Assembly (NCBI GenBank): GCA_030704615.1
Contig: CM060734.1
Span: 49,972,001-50,036,000 of the forward strand
Direction: 5' to 3'
Source of the DNA: Takakia lepidozioides
Lineage: Eukaryota; Plantae; Bryophyta
Length of the DNA stretch: 64,000 bases
The position numbers were made by a program, and so were the translations under genes. Within the stretch, counting starts at the first letter, position 1, and each line of letters begins with the position of its first letter. Of the stretch, positions 37,613 through 50,689 are shown in pieces. The notes beneath the pieces are model-generated. The model ran no database searches. It was not told the DNA's origin and saw only the letters and a list, made by a program, of their open reading frames with translations.

Positions 37613-40600
37613 ATGGCTGTGCCATCTGGGGGTGAGGGAGGCTCAATAGAAATGGTTGACTATGAAGAGGGGGAGGAGCCATGCATTATAAAGGTAGAGA
37701 TTATTTCAGCTCAGAATGTGTGGGCTGCTGAACCAGTAGAGCTGAAATCAAAAGCTGGGTTCAGTATTAAGTTCCCAGGGGGAGAACCGGAGGATGCACC
37801 ACCGGAGATTGAGGGAGTGTTGCCAGACGTTGTGGAAGACATCAGAGCAGGGCTGGTTTCTCCAGGAGGCCCTCCCGCCAAGGAGCCGCTGCCAGCGGAG
37901 GCAGCTACAACAAATGGGCCACCTCCACATGGAGCTCCAACAAAGGGGCCAGCACCTGCACAGGGAGCTCTGGCAAAAGGGACTGGCCCAGAGGGGAAAA
38001 AGGGAGCTCCTACAAAGGGGGCTGTACCAGAGGAGGCTACAGGAAAGGGGGCATCCACAGGGGGAGGTCTAGAAGAGGGAGCTGAAGGTGGATCGCTACC
38101 TCCTCCACCGCCCCCACCGGTGAGCTTTTCCATGGGCCCTCTGGTGCGTGAGTTTGACAGAGTGCCCGAATACACCTTGTGGCACAGGTTCTTGCATGAG
38201 CCGATGATTGCCACCTTGTATTGGATCTCGCCAAGTGGTGCTACCAAGACAATCCTCGCAACAGCACGGGTTGACCTGACAGGGGTGCTGGATTTGAATG
38301 GGAATTCTATGGAGGGAACTTACGCATTGGAAGCTTATGGGGACCCAACTCCAACACCTCCTCCAGCGAAAAAAGGAGGTAAGTCTGCCCCTCCACCCAA
38401 AAAAGATGAGAAGGGAAAGAAGGGTGATGAAAAGGGGAAGAAGGTCGCCCCAGCTGCACCGGTGGAAGCTATCCCTGTACTGTTACCAGGGGCCACGATG
38501 AAAGTAAGAATATCCACCAGCATCCCCCTTCTTTCAGACATTGATCGGAAGGATGGATTTGTCATGGAACTCGATGTTATTGCGGTAAGGTCGCTCCCAC
38601 CCAAAGTCAAGGAATTTGGAACCCCTGGGAATGTGGACCCATTTTCTTATACTGTTGGTCTCAAAATACCTGGTCTGTCAGGGGCCTGGTGGGATTCGCT
38701 GACATGCTTTGAGGAAACAGATAAGGCCAATCTTTCTGTGCTCAAGGCTGTTGCAAGCACAATTGAAATGGAAGAAGTGACATTTCCTAAACCTCTTGAG
38801 CCACCTGAAGACAAGGGGGCTGGTCCAAGGCAACAACCAACCTCACGAATGTGTTGTGTGTTGTGGGAGAAGTGCAAATCATTTCAACATCTTCCACTTT
38901 CTCTCAGGCTTTTGGCTGTTGTTTGGGGAGAGCGATGGGAGCGAGTCACAACAAGTTGACCTTCCACAATCACTGGGGACACCAGATGAATTTGAAGTGG
39001 GAACCCCCACCCCCGAGCCTGAGATGATCACAGAAATGCATGCAGTGATAAAATGGAAGGCGTCTGTAAGGAGGTATTTACCTAGTGAGGGGGCCGACGA
39101 ATTGAGAGAGAGGATTAAAAAAGGGGGAAAATTTGAGGGTGAGTTGTCAAGATACTTAAGCAAGAAAGTATCGATGATCTCTTTGACCCTCTGGTGGTGG
39201 TCAAACGGAAGGACACAATAGCAAAGGTGGTACTGGACACTGCACACCTGCCGAAGTTGCTCAGTCACAAATCTTTATCATCATAAAGACAAGCCTTCCT
39301 TTAGAGCCGACTTGGTGCCCACCTCCAGAACCTGAACTGAAATTGGAAGATATTATTCCGCCACGACCAAAGGCACCAACAGTTTATAACACAGTAAAAA
39401 TTGCAACAGAAAAATTCAAGGAATTCGTCCAGATTGCTGCTCCTGACATTTCCAATTTGCATCAGAGAGTTGTGGGGGGAGAAAAATTCGAGGAGCCCCA
39501 GCTTGGAGCTGAAAGCTTGCTAACCAAGTCCAGGTGACACCGCATCTCTAACCAGAGATTGATAGCTAGTCTTTTGCATATATCTCTTTGATTGTTCCCC
39601 GTTATTTAGAAGAATGGCGATAGGTGCACGTTTACATTATAAAGGTCATTCATCGCAACAGAACAAAGGAAGAACCACTTTCTGATGCATCCTACGATGG
39701 ACATCCTTCTCTTGAGGCTCCATCAGCCATATACTTACCTACTAGGCAGAAGATAAATGTCTGCATATAGTTTTGCATCAGACCATGTAGGCAAGTACTA
39801 AGTGTTTGGAATGTAGTTTGAGAGAAAGCTGATGGCTTGGAAGAAGGAAGAAGGCCAAAATCTTTGTATGATATGATCGTCACTTGCTAGGCTCTTTAGC
39901 GTAGGAGGACATGAACATCCATCATTGTTGAGTGTATAAAATTTCTTTTACAGTAATGCTTACCATCTTGACTATCGGCCTGCCCCCAATTGTCCCCATG
40001 CACCTGGTTCCCCCTTTTTCTCTCCCAAAATATAGGATTGAAAGCAAGGCAGATATAAGAAAGACGGTGGTACACGAGGTACATGCTCGGGGGCTTGACA
40101 GCTGATGAGAGATGAGATGAACAGTAGGGTGTTCAAGATCGCTTCCAAGAAGTTCAAGTTTGGAAAGAAAGATGCAATCTCTTCTGGCAAGTTTGACTTT
40201 TGCAATTCTCTATATGTGAAACTGATGGAGGAAATCCATGCCTGCCTGGCTGACCTCTTCCTCAAGGTGAACTCTTCATTGCTTTCAATACCTCGCAAAG
40301 TCAACTGCCAACATGAGAGGCTGAGTTAAGAATCTCTCTGTTTAAAATCAATGGCAGTACAACTCCAGCCGCATGCCATATCTGTGTTGGGTGAAAGGCC
40401 CATTTGTAGTACTCCATGCTCAAAGCCATCCCTTTAACTGACACTCAAATCAATCCCGTGGACTAGATTGTTGTCAGTTGTGTGCGATGACCAAGTTTCA
40501 CGCATTTTACGGCCAAAGACAGTTTTGGGCACACGTCCCTCAAGGTTATGGCAAAGTCAACTTTGACAATAAACATTTGTGTAGTACACCTCACTGAGCT

Positions 40601-43600
40601 TGGTTATTGCACCTGTTAGAATGGGGCTTCACAAGGAATCTCCACCATTTTCTCATGCTGATGTGCAAAATGGTGCCTACAACGCCATTTGGCAAAGAAG
40701 ATAAACCTTTGTCAGAGAGAGAGCAAAAACTTCAATACCTACGCCAGCTTGCCAATGAATACGAGGTACTAAGCCATATATATGACACTATTTGTCACAT
40801 CTGTCCATCTGTTGTTCTATTTTGACCATGGGCCCTAGGGTCTCCTGTGCATATTATAAAGTTTCTTTCTTTCCCTCTCTTTGTGCAAGTAAAAGATCTA
40901 TCCTTCTTTCTTTCGTTCTGTCTTTGGATATTCCGCAGAGAGAGACACACACACTCTCTCTCTCACACACAAACACAATCACACACCGACACCAACACCC
41001 ACATACGTAATTGGTTACCAAAGACACAAGTGCTCTCTCAGCCCCTTGTAACATGTGAATATCAGTGTTTTTTATGCCATGCATGCTTCACAGTGTCCAT
41101 GACACTGCTTATATAAATTGTAACATATCATTGGTAATGTCATATTGATCGACCTTCTACCACTTTACAGATAGCATCCACTGCCACTTAATATTACGAA
41201 CTAAAACTAAAATCAAGCAGTAAAAAGAGTGGCCATGGGCTGTGAAAGAGCGAGGGCACTTCAATAGCAAACTTGTGTACTAAGAGTGGGGAATTATCTA
41301 TATCCTATGGAGTCCATGGCGGAAAAGCCACTGTTGTAATTCAGCTCATGACACTTACAACTACATCTGATCAGGGTCTTGTACAACTATCCATTTACCT
41401 TGCTAATCCGTACATTGTATTGATGAAAACTAATTGTGGATTTTCAGTATGATGGAGACTACAGATCTGCAAACAAGTTCCATCAAGACAGGCTTTTGGG
41501 AGAGAGTATCCATGATGCTGACATCTGGCTTGAATACGGTTGTTTCTGTATGCGTGTAGGTCCACTCTCCTTACTCTTTTTTGCTACATCCTCTCCAAAC
41601 TCTCATTTTTTTTCTCATGTTGTGGGATGTGCTCTATCTGAACACTTAGTGCTAAAAATTTTAAGGTACTTAGAGGACCTGGAATGCCACAGAAACATCA
41701 GCTGGAATTGCAAATGCTCTCTTCTCACTTCCCTCAATAGTCCCATAGCTGTCCATGTAGTTTTATGGAATTGACTTGTCAATCTGTGGCCCTATGTTGC
41801 TAAGCTCTTCGAGTACATAACAGTTCTCACTGGGTGACAACCTGTCTGGTATTGTCGACAACAAGAAAGCTTTGTTAGCACCGATCAGACCCTATCCTAG
41901 CCCCATACACGGGGAGACCCAAGGACCGCGGTAAAGCAGAGGAATGCTTTCGAGAGGCTATTACATTGGACAAGAACCATTTCCTGAGTTTGCTTGCATT
42001 GGCCTGTCTGATGTGGCACGAGGATTTCTTACACAGACTGAAGTTATTCTTCACAGTGCCATTGAGCTGCACCCAGAAGAAGAATTCACTCCCTGGTGTA
42101 TACTAAGTCAAGTGCGTTCCTTGATATAGTAAAGATTTTTATCTCAGTCAAGACATGATCGTATTAAGTTTATGGATCGACGCCTAGCACTGCACCTCCA
42201 CACCACCATGAGAAGAACATAACTGAGGTCTGTAAAAGGTCAATGCCTGGAGAACAAAACCTGTGTAGTTGTCTGATGCTTCCTCTCAAGAAGATTGTCC
42301 AAAATCAGTTGTTTGGTACCTTTTTTTGCAGATACACCAGGCGCAAGCACAGAGGGTTTACGTGCGGAACTGTCTAAAGAAGGCTGAATTGCTTTACAAA
42401 TCTGCAAAAGCTTCACGCAACCTGTACACGGCCCCCCATATCCTTCTCTCGAATCTCATAAAGTTTCCCTTTAGTGCAGCATATTTGGTGCTTAGGGGAC
42501 ACGATCCCAGCACTGTCTTCATCGATGCTCCACTTCTGCTCCTCAACTTGCATCTCCCGAAAGAAGCCAAGCAGATTCTGTGGTGTGTTCTCAACTGTTT
42601 TGGACAATAAGTGGGCCCAGGCGAAATCCCATGAGCTGATGATGGAGTACAAGCGAGGGGAGGTTTGGCTGAAGGAGAATTTGGCGCTTTTCAAAGAGGA
42701 CGCTATGGCCTGGTTGCTCATGGGACGCAATCGACATGTCAGTGGCCAGTTTTAGGCTGCCATAGAAGCTTATGAGAAGGTGACTGGGTTCCATGACATA
42801 TCTATCTGCTGCTGCTCTTCTTACTGTTTTGAAAAACTCTACTATGTCTCTTTCCCTCACAAGGCCCTACTTTTGGTTGCTCTGGTGAGCGATCAAATGT
42901 AACATGCCTCATGTGTCCCAACCAGAGGACTTTTGGGATAGGCCTGCAACTGGGTCCATGGTACCTGGATCCTAATGCCTTCTGCATCCCCGTGAACAAC
43001 CCTCAGGTGAAAGAAAAAATAGCCCCCTGAGTAAGGGACTGCGTCCACACGGTACATGGTTTAATGTAAACTAGAGTACCCAATAAGATGCAGGTGGAGG
43101 AATTGCTTCCACAAAATGGGACCTGGGATTTTGGAGGTCTAAGGGAAGAACCACCTATAGATGCTGAGGTTGCGCTGTTAACAGCTGTGAATGTGACCTC
43201 CAAAAAGAGATCATGCCATACAAGCTGGAGGCAGATTAACTTATCCTGACTCCCATCAATCTTCTTCTTCTGACAATTTGTTATTTTGATTTCAGACATC
43301 TCTAGAGCTCTCGCAGACAATCCAAAGGTTTTGAACAACGTTTCTTCTTAAGATGGCGCTCAACCCTTAAGATGCGTATTTTCTATGTAAGCAAAGAGCT
43401 TTGAATTAGTCCAGTTATGGAGTGCTTACTCAGTTGACATTTTAGTCGTCTCATTAACATGTCCATGCAGCATTTGCGTTACCAAGACAAGAATGACATC
43501 TACTCCTACGTGTACCTGGATATGGGAAACTCCCACCTTCAGCGAAAAAATTATATGGCCGCCAAGCAGATTTTCCTCAAGGTTTGTTCTATAGGCCTCA

Positions 43601-44290
43601 CAACCAGCTCATGGCTAGGGGCTGGTATTGCCTTCTTCAGAATGGGGGATTTCAAGCACGCTGAAATCGCGCTTGTAGAAGGCAACCACATGGACAGCAA
43701 AAATCAGAAGCTGTGGGCTTACCTCGCCCTGACCTGTCTTGCAATGGACCGTTCTGACGAGGCTGAGCTTTCCAGCAGATGCAGAAGACAGAGCTGACGA
43801 ATGTGCCATTACTTCTCGAGGTTGCTGATGCCTTTGCGAAGCTCGGAAATTACAGGTGAACACTCCTAATACACCTATTAGAATCAACTCAATCCACGCA
43901 TTTCTTTTCTCCCTGCATTTGTGAATGAATACGACCCCTCTGTCCAGCTTCCGCTAGGGCCGGATGTGGCGTCAAGAGACGAAGAAATGTCCTGGGTTTT
44001 TGGAATTGTCCCCACTCCCGATACTAATGCTTCCGGAGCTGGCTGAATCGACTGTCTTGGCAAGTGCGAGCAGAACTCATTTCATTGAAGGAGGGACTCA
44101 ACGTCAAGGAAGAAGTGGGTGGATCCATATGTAGCGTAAGATGTTTACTTACAAATGTGAAGTGTCATCTACAGTTTTTTAATATAGCTTTCCCTTGAGC
44201 TGATGAAGGGATGCGGAGGCAGCAGTCATGGAAGCTCTGAAAGAAGACGAGGGCCGTGTAAGCGCGCGTTTTAAGCTTGCCGAACATCCC
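37613..44290 (+). pseudogene. CFAP70: Cilia- and flagella-associated protein 70 (CFAP70/TTC18) homologue, apparently pseudogenised
   Basis: Exons encode KKDEKGKKG, IKWKASVRRYL..LRERI, IKTSLPLEP..LEDIIPPRP, LYVKLMEEIHACLADLF, LRQLANEYE, ANKFHQDRLL..IWLEYGCFCMR, KAEECFREAITL, AKQIFLKVC..SSWLGAGIAFFRMGDFKHAEIALVEGNHMDSKNQKLWAYLAL. In-frame TAG at 42753-42755 and several intra-exon frameshifts. Confidence 0.8.
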
Positions 44291-44972
44291 AACTTTTGTG
44301 GATTATTAGTACCTCATGAGCCCCACTTTGAAGCAGAACTTTGCACAGAATGCACCATTCCCCCTCATTGCTCAGCTCGCAGTAACACCCAAAGAGTGTA
44401 CTCTTGAGTCTTCACAAGAATGCTCACTAACCAAAGACACCCTAATCGAGTCAGTTTCATCAACCAGGGCAGTGGCGGGGGCGGAGTGCGCCTTTCAAAT
44501 CTGAACTTAGACATGGTTTTGTGGAGCATTATACTGGAGTTGGAGTAGGAGCACCTCCATCCTCCCATTGGCTGTACGGAAGACAAATTCGAAGACGACA
44601 GGGGGAGGAAGGCAACACGGCCGGAATTGTGCAGCACGGAGCTTGAACGATCGCACATGCGTGGCGACATCATGAAATCTGGATCTGAGACTGATGTCTT
44701 GTGGGGTACTGCTTACTTAATGTCCTTGTATTGAAGGCGACGTGGTCTCATCGAGGACAAGAATGATCCCTGAGTACGCACAACATGGACTTTCAAGGAC
44801 TTTGACCAGACGCAAAGACTAGAGTTGCCATTGCAAGTCTGGTTGGCCTTTCTTGGCTGTGTCGAGGAGGGAAAGAATTTCCTCAACAAAATTGAAGTCG
44901 CACCAGGTTTCGGTGTGGCTTGATGCCCGTGGGAATTCATGGCAGTGCAGAGCTAACCGAACTCTTTGCACC

Positions 44973-45080
44973 GAAATGAAATGAAATGGTGCTTCATATC
45001 GTCCGCGGAGAGCTCATAGAGCTTACTATGGGACAAAGGAAAACATGAGAGAGAAAACAAAACCAGAGCCAAGAATAAAG
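44973..45080 (-). mobile_element. (CATTT)n-tailed non-LTR retroelement copy; may extend further 5' towards ~45500
   Basis: Reverse-complement match to 9531-9639. Confidence 0.65.
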
Positions 45081-46866
45081 CTATTGCTCGAGTAACTGTG
45101 TAAGGGTGAAGGCGGCCTCGTGCAGATAAGCTGCCAAGCATTTCTGATCCGAGGAAGGTCTGTTCTCGCAGGAAGCACGAGATCAAAGAGAGAGAACCTC
45201 TCTCCCAGACTCTCCACCTTTCCTAATGGATGATTTTCCTCTCATCCACGAGCCATATTTTGATGTCCATGACATTGGGAGTTGAATTCTCAGGAATTTC
45301 ACCTGCACGGTTGGCACATCTTGTGCATGACGACTACCCTGGATCCTATGTATGAGGGGCGATTCTGCAAACGAGGATGATTGGCAATCGGTCAACGACT
45401 TCTTGCACCCAAAACATGGGAATGCAAAGAGAGCACTTTCATTGGGGACAGATCTGCTTTTACTGGCCCCCCACCAGGGCCACAATTCCTGCAGTTTATT
45501 CACGCACCTTTTTTGGGTCACTAGCGTTCAGAGTTTACTAGGCTCACAAAAAAATTGTCACTAGGGTTTAGGCATGACCAAATATAAACTCATGGACCTC
45601 CTTCACGTGTCTTCTTTGGCTTGCTCATTCATGAGTTGGTGTATCTTGTAGAGCTCCTGGATGTTGCTTTGGTTTCATTGACCATTGTTGAGTTGTTCAA
45701 AGAACCACCTAGTGTTTGTTTGTTTGTTTGGACCAAACTCTGGTAACCCTGGTTTGTGATCCCAGCAGGAGCCCTATTACTTGTTTGAACTATCATCTCC
45801 TTTTACAGAAAACAGTGAGCATGTACGGTTTCTTAATGCTTTGAAAGGTTTCTGTTCATTAGCTGGTTGAGGAATTCAAATGTCTCCTTTCTCAGGCAAT
45901 TTCCAGAGGGTTCAGTTTCTCAGGACACGTCTTGAGATGGGTTGAAGACCCCAATCTTTTACCTACAATGGTTGCTTCCTGGCATCTTATCTGCCTGCCT
46001 AGGTACACAGAATCGTCATCACATGAGGACGATGAAGCAGAGAGTAGCAGTGCAAGTGATTCATCACGTTCCAAACATGAAAAACAAGGAGCTGGAGGTG
46101 GGGCTGTCAGCAAGACATTCCCCACCTATGAAGACTAACAAGGAGGGAAGATGAAGATTTTTTTTCTGAGAATTATGCACTCTTTCTATGCTTTGACCGT
46201 TTGGGAAAGCATATGAGAGTGTGTTTACGAAGTAGAATATCCAATTTATGTGACTCTAGGTTGACCTGTGGCTTCTTCAAGAAGGTGAGCTCTATGTTTG
46301 TATATGAAAAGCTTGCAAGTAACAGAGTGAGAAATAATACTTCCATTCCAGTTGGAAAGCCTTGTTATTGTTATCGAGGTTGGCCTTGTGTGAAAAGAGT
46401 GCTAGTTGTCACATGCCGTGAACATTTCTCTTGGGCCATTCTCTAACCTCTCTCTGGGTTTCTACATTTTAAGGCGTCCGACCTCATCTTTTGTGGTAAG
46501 TTCTCCAGTATGGGCAAGTTTGACAGAATTTGCTAGTTTTTGCATTTCGTGATTATCCACGAAATGAAAAGAAACGAGGAGTAGGCCTGCTGAAGCAAGC
46601 TCCTTTTGTGATGGGTCTTCACCCATAGTTCTATTACCTCCCATTTGGGAATTGGACATTTTTTAATCATCCACAACTCATTGTTTCTGGAAAAGGGGAG
46701 GGAAGAGCAAAGAGCGAGGGCAAGCATCTGACAGATACTCACACCTTTGAGGATGGATTTGAAGACATTAGCAGCATGGAAAACAAGAAATGGAGTAAGA
46801 ACTGGAGACAAATTGGTGGACTTTTCAGTATACTCACCTTTCACAATCAGTGGTGTACTGTGGCAG

Positions 46867-47067
46867 ATTTATGACAGAGATGGTTTCACATTAGGTGAGT
46901 TTGTGAAAGGAGACATGTACATACGCAACCTGAAGAATACCAAGGGCCATATATCAGGACTTACAGGGGGCCAATGGCACCCCAAGGAGCGTCAGACAGC
47001 CCTCACTTCGTCTGAGGATGGGTCTCTTAGAATTTGGGATGTAACCAATTTCAAGAGCCAAAAACAG
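46867..47067 (+). pseudogene. WDR70: Isolated internal exon of WD-repeat protein WDR70
   Basis: AG/GT-bounded 201-nt exon IYDRDGFTLGEFVKGDMYIRNLKNTKGHISGLTGGQWHPKERQTALTSSEDGSLRIWDVTNFKSQKQ; no other WDR70 exons recognised nearby. Confidence 0.8.
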
Positions 47068-49761
47068 GTGCACGTTGTTGAGGGACACCAATGACGTTCT
47101 GGACAAGTTACATGCAGAAAGTCAGAAGCTATTAATGTTGTGACTGCGCAGGTTTAACAGATTGCCAGCAAAAGTAGGACAACTTCAGAGCAGAGGCCAG
47201 GATCCGCATGAAAGCTTCTGATGGAGTTGAGATGCAGGTACCTGTGAGCCTCCAAAATAAGGACGCTCCAGTGACAACTCACAAACACTTCGAACATGTC
47301 ATTAATATCATTCATGCACACATTTGTGGAGAAACAGTGAATGGGACACTCTTTCACAAGTTACTGAGACCTCCCTGGTTCTTGCTGAAGTTCGGCCCGA
47401 ACTGAATGTTCAAGCTAGGCAATTAGGAAATAGAATAGGCAGTAGTAGTAACTTAGGACGGCGCATTGATAACTTCGATGCAGGTGCTGGCATGGCGACA
47501 GCTCTTGTTACGAGGTTAGTGGGTGAAAAACCTCTTGATCAGTTATCTGATGATTTGGGTAGAGATGTAAAGGCATACCTTGTAACACAAAATTCGGCTG
47601 AAATAACAGACCTGCCGCCCGCTGCAACTCCGAATTCCCCCACATTGTCATACCTTTTGTCCACTCCCCACTATAGTGTGGTACCTTGTAGACTATAATC
47701 AGAAGGGTCAAATCTATCATATATGTCTATCTTACATGGTTGCAGTCAGGAGGTTACAGTTGTTTTGCTATGTTTCTGAAGGGATGCAATATCTTTCCCT
47801 GCATGACAGTGGCAATGAAGTGAAGTTGTCTGTATGAATTCATCTCTGGAAGTTATGGGGGAAGTGATGGAAGAGACACAGAGATTTGTGGAGATCACTG
47901 TGCAACTCCTGATGGATTGGTGAGGGGAGGCACTGTCAGGTTATCAGCTGAATTGGCTGTGTATGAGTTCCTGTAGGTCAACTGTTGTCAATCAGGCACA
48001 GTCTGCAGGTTGAGTTAGGGGCTGGCATTGAGAGGAAGGCATGATATTGGGCCTAGCACTGCTACTGTAGCCCTTGAACCCAGATCTGAGAAATGACTGA
48101 CTGGTTGCACTGCAAGTTACATTGCTGAAAGAACGGTGCTGAAAGAGAGGAAGTGAGATCTCCCATCCAGACCATTCGTGATAGGGACTTCAAATTGCAT
48201 AGTCAGTTGTTCCTTCCACCAGCTACCCACAGTCCCTGGATGGCAAATATTGTCTATTGTAATTGGGTGTTACAGCCAAGACTCAACACGCCTGACAGAG
48301 GACATGGTGAATGATTGCAGGAAGGTGGGATGATCAAGGAGACATGGATGGAAGAGGATCCTTGGGAAGCCCTTTTGAAGCATGTGAATGGTGCAGTCAC
48401 AGATCCCTTTTACATTGCACCTGCATATGCCGAAACACAGCCTGAACCCATTTTCCATCAATCAGACGAGGAAGAGGAAGAAACATGAGATGGTGCCCAA
48501 GCGCCTAGTTGTGCAGTTAGGAAATAGAGAGTGTGGGAGTGACAAACCATGGCCATCCAGCAATTCTATATGCAGCTCTGTATATTACCCCTTGTAAGTG
48601 CTTGTGTGTATGCACACATTACAGAAGTAGACCATTCTGTCAGAAAAGTCCTTTCAGCCATTGGTGGCTTGAAACTGGAGATTATGTAAGGGTAGTGCCT
48701 GTTTGTGTCAGTTTGGCGTGCCCAACTTTCAAATCTAGGGGAGACTCACTCCTGTGGAGGTTTTACTTCCTTTCCCAATCCTCATAGGATCTGCCACTTA
48801 ATACCAGTCAACATAAGTTAAATGTCTACCATTCAGTTGGCGCGAGTCCAATGCTCGTCTTTGTTTTGTCCATAATTATTTTGGAATAGATTTGAAGAGT
48901 GGCGGTATGATAGGCATTGGTGTACCTCCGGTGTGCAGACACTCTTCCTGCATGGTATCCCCGCAGACATTGTACAGGAGTGTAGTAAAATGAAGGCGCG
49001 GATTCATTCTCCTACTCACACCATGGTCACGGTTTTATTGGCATGGTTTTGATGGAGCAATTATCAATAACAACATATCAAGTTGAAATGTGGGTGACTT
49101 TCCCCTGATGAGACGAGAGCTTGTGCCTCCTAGTTCTAGATGAAAATTCCCAAACAACATTGAATGGAAGGTTTTTTAGTCACCAGAGCAGATGGGTACA
49201 ACCTTGTCATGCAAACAGACAGAAGCCAAGATCGCGAGAGAATGAACTGCAAGCACGAGAGAAGCTGGAGAATGAGGGAGACTGAATTGCAAGCTCAGTT
49301 CGTTCCTCAATCACTGAAACCCTAGAATGCAATGGACGGTCAAATTGCAATCGAGCAAGCGCGATCAATGGCCTAGATCAAAGATCGATATCAATGGACG
49401 GTCAGATTCAATGATTCAATCACAGCCTCTTGTTCTCACTGAATCGAGCGACGTGGTGAGCCAGGTCAATTTCATCCTCAGCTGCTCAGTTCATCCTTTT
49501 TCGACTTTAATGTTCATCCAATCAACACATCTAATAAAAAATTCGATCATTTCGTTATATTGGATTCTCTCGCCCTTGCATTTCATCCTCTCGCGCTCTA
49601 CGGCTTCTCCCTTTGCTTCTCTCGCATTCTACGGCTTCTACCTTCGCTTCTCTCGCATTCTACGACTTCTCTCTTTTCTTCTCTCGAGCTCTTCGGCTTC
49701 TCTCGCGCTCTTAGGGTTTTACCTCTTAGCGCCGCTGCTGTGTCGTTTGCTTGTCCTAGCC

Positions 49762-50689
49762 ATGGAGCCCGCCTCGAAGAAGAAGCAGCGGATCGTGGAG
49801 AGTTTTTTCTTGCGAGGATCTGACAACGGCGAGTGCATTCAGAGTGACATCAACCGAGCACGCCATGGATGGAAGCCCGAGACTAGGGGTTATGCTTTCA
49901 GTGAAGCTCCTCCACTCAAGGCTTGTCCGTGCGGCATGTGCCCGGATACTACGTTGAGCACCAGGTCGAGAACCCTAGCCCTAGCCCTAGTACGAGTGTT
50001 ACTGGTGAAGGGAGCACCTCCTCTGATGTGTAGGTTGAGTCCCATGGTCAGAGGCAGGAGAGGGCCATGATGGAGGTGCGGATTACTGCAACTGTGCAGG
50101 CCGCGGTTCATTCCCAAATTGCTTTACAGAACCAGAAGATCGAGACCCTGGAACGGAGGGTCGTCGCACTATCAGAGTTGGCCGCTTCGCCTTTCTCCAG
50201 TGTTGGTGCGAATCTCTCAGTCCGAGTTTTGCTGATGTGCTTGTTGACGACTTTCTGAATGCTATGGGAATCGCTGGCAACCAGGACAAGCGAATGAGAT
50301 GGCTCGGAGGTAATTCTGTTGCGGTTGATGTTTTGAGGAAGTGCCAAAGTGGCCAGAGTGGCCATAGTGATGGCCAAGTTATCTATCCGACTTACAAATC
50401 CTCTCTAGGAGTTGGAGTTGAGTTCACATTAGACCCGGATCATGCAGCAAAGGTAGTTGGTGTGCGGAGAATATCTCGTGAAGTGAGCTCTACAGTTGCC
50501 CACAGGACCCGACCCTATTATGTTGCATGTGCACTTGTTCGATTGGGGTTTGGGCCTGACGATCCAATGTGTTCCTTGTTTGGGGCTGTGTATGGGAAAC
50601 AACCAAAAGAGTACGTACAAGACGCCGAGCTCAATGGCCTGAAAGGGACTCCAGTCACAAAGTTCAGTGTCCCTAATCCTTCCAACTAA
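49762..50689 (+). other. Unidentified interrupted coding sequence, probably TE-borne, starting MEPASKKKQRIVESFF
   Basis: Successive ORF pieces at 49762-50070, 50067-50258 and 50237-50689; preceded by CT-rich repeats (ctctcgcattctacg.cttct). Confidence 0.35.

Noticed and set aside
37613-38959. Standalone 448-aa proline/glycine-rich protein
   Set aside because: It is the 5' part of the CFAP70 homologue reading past the homologous frame
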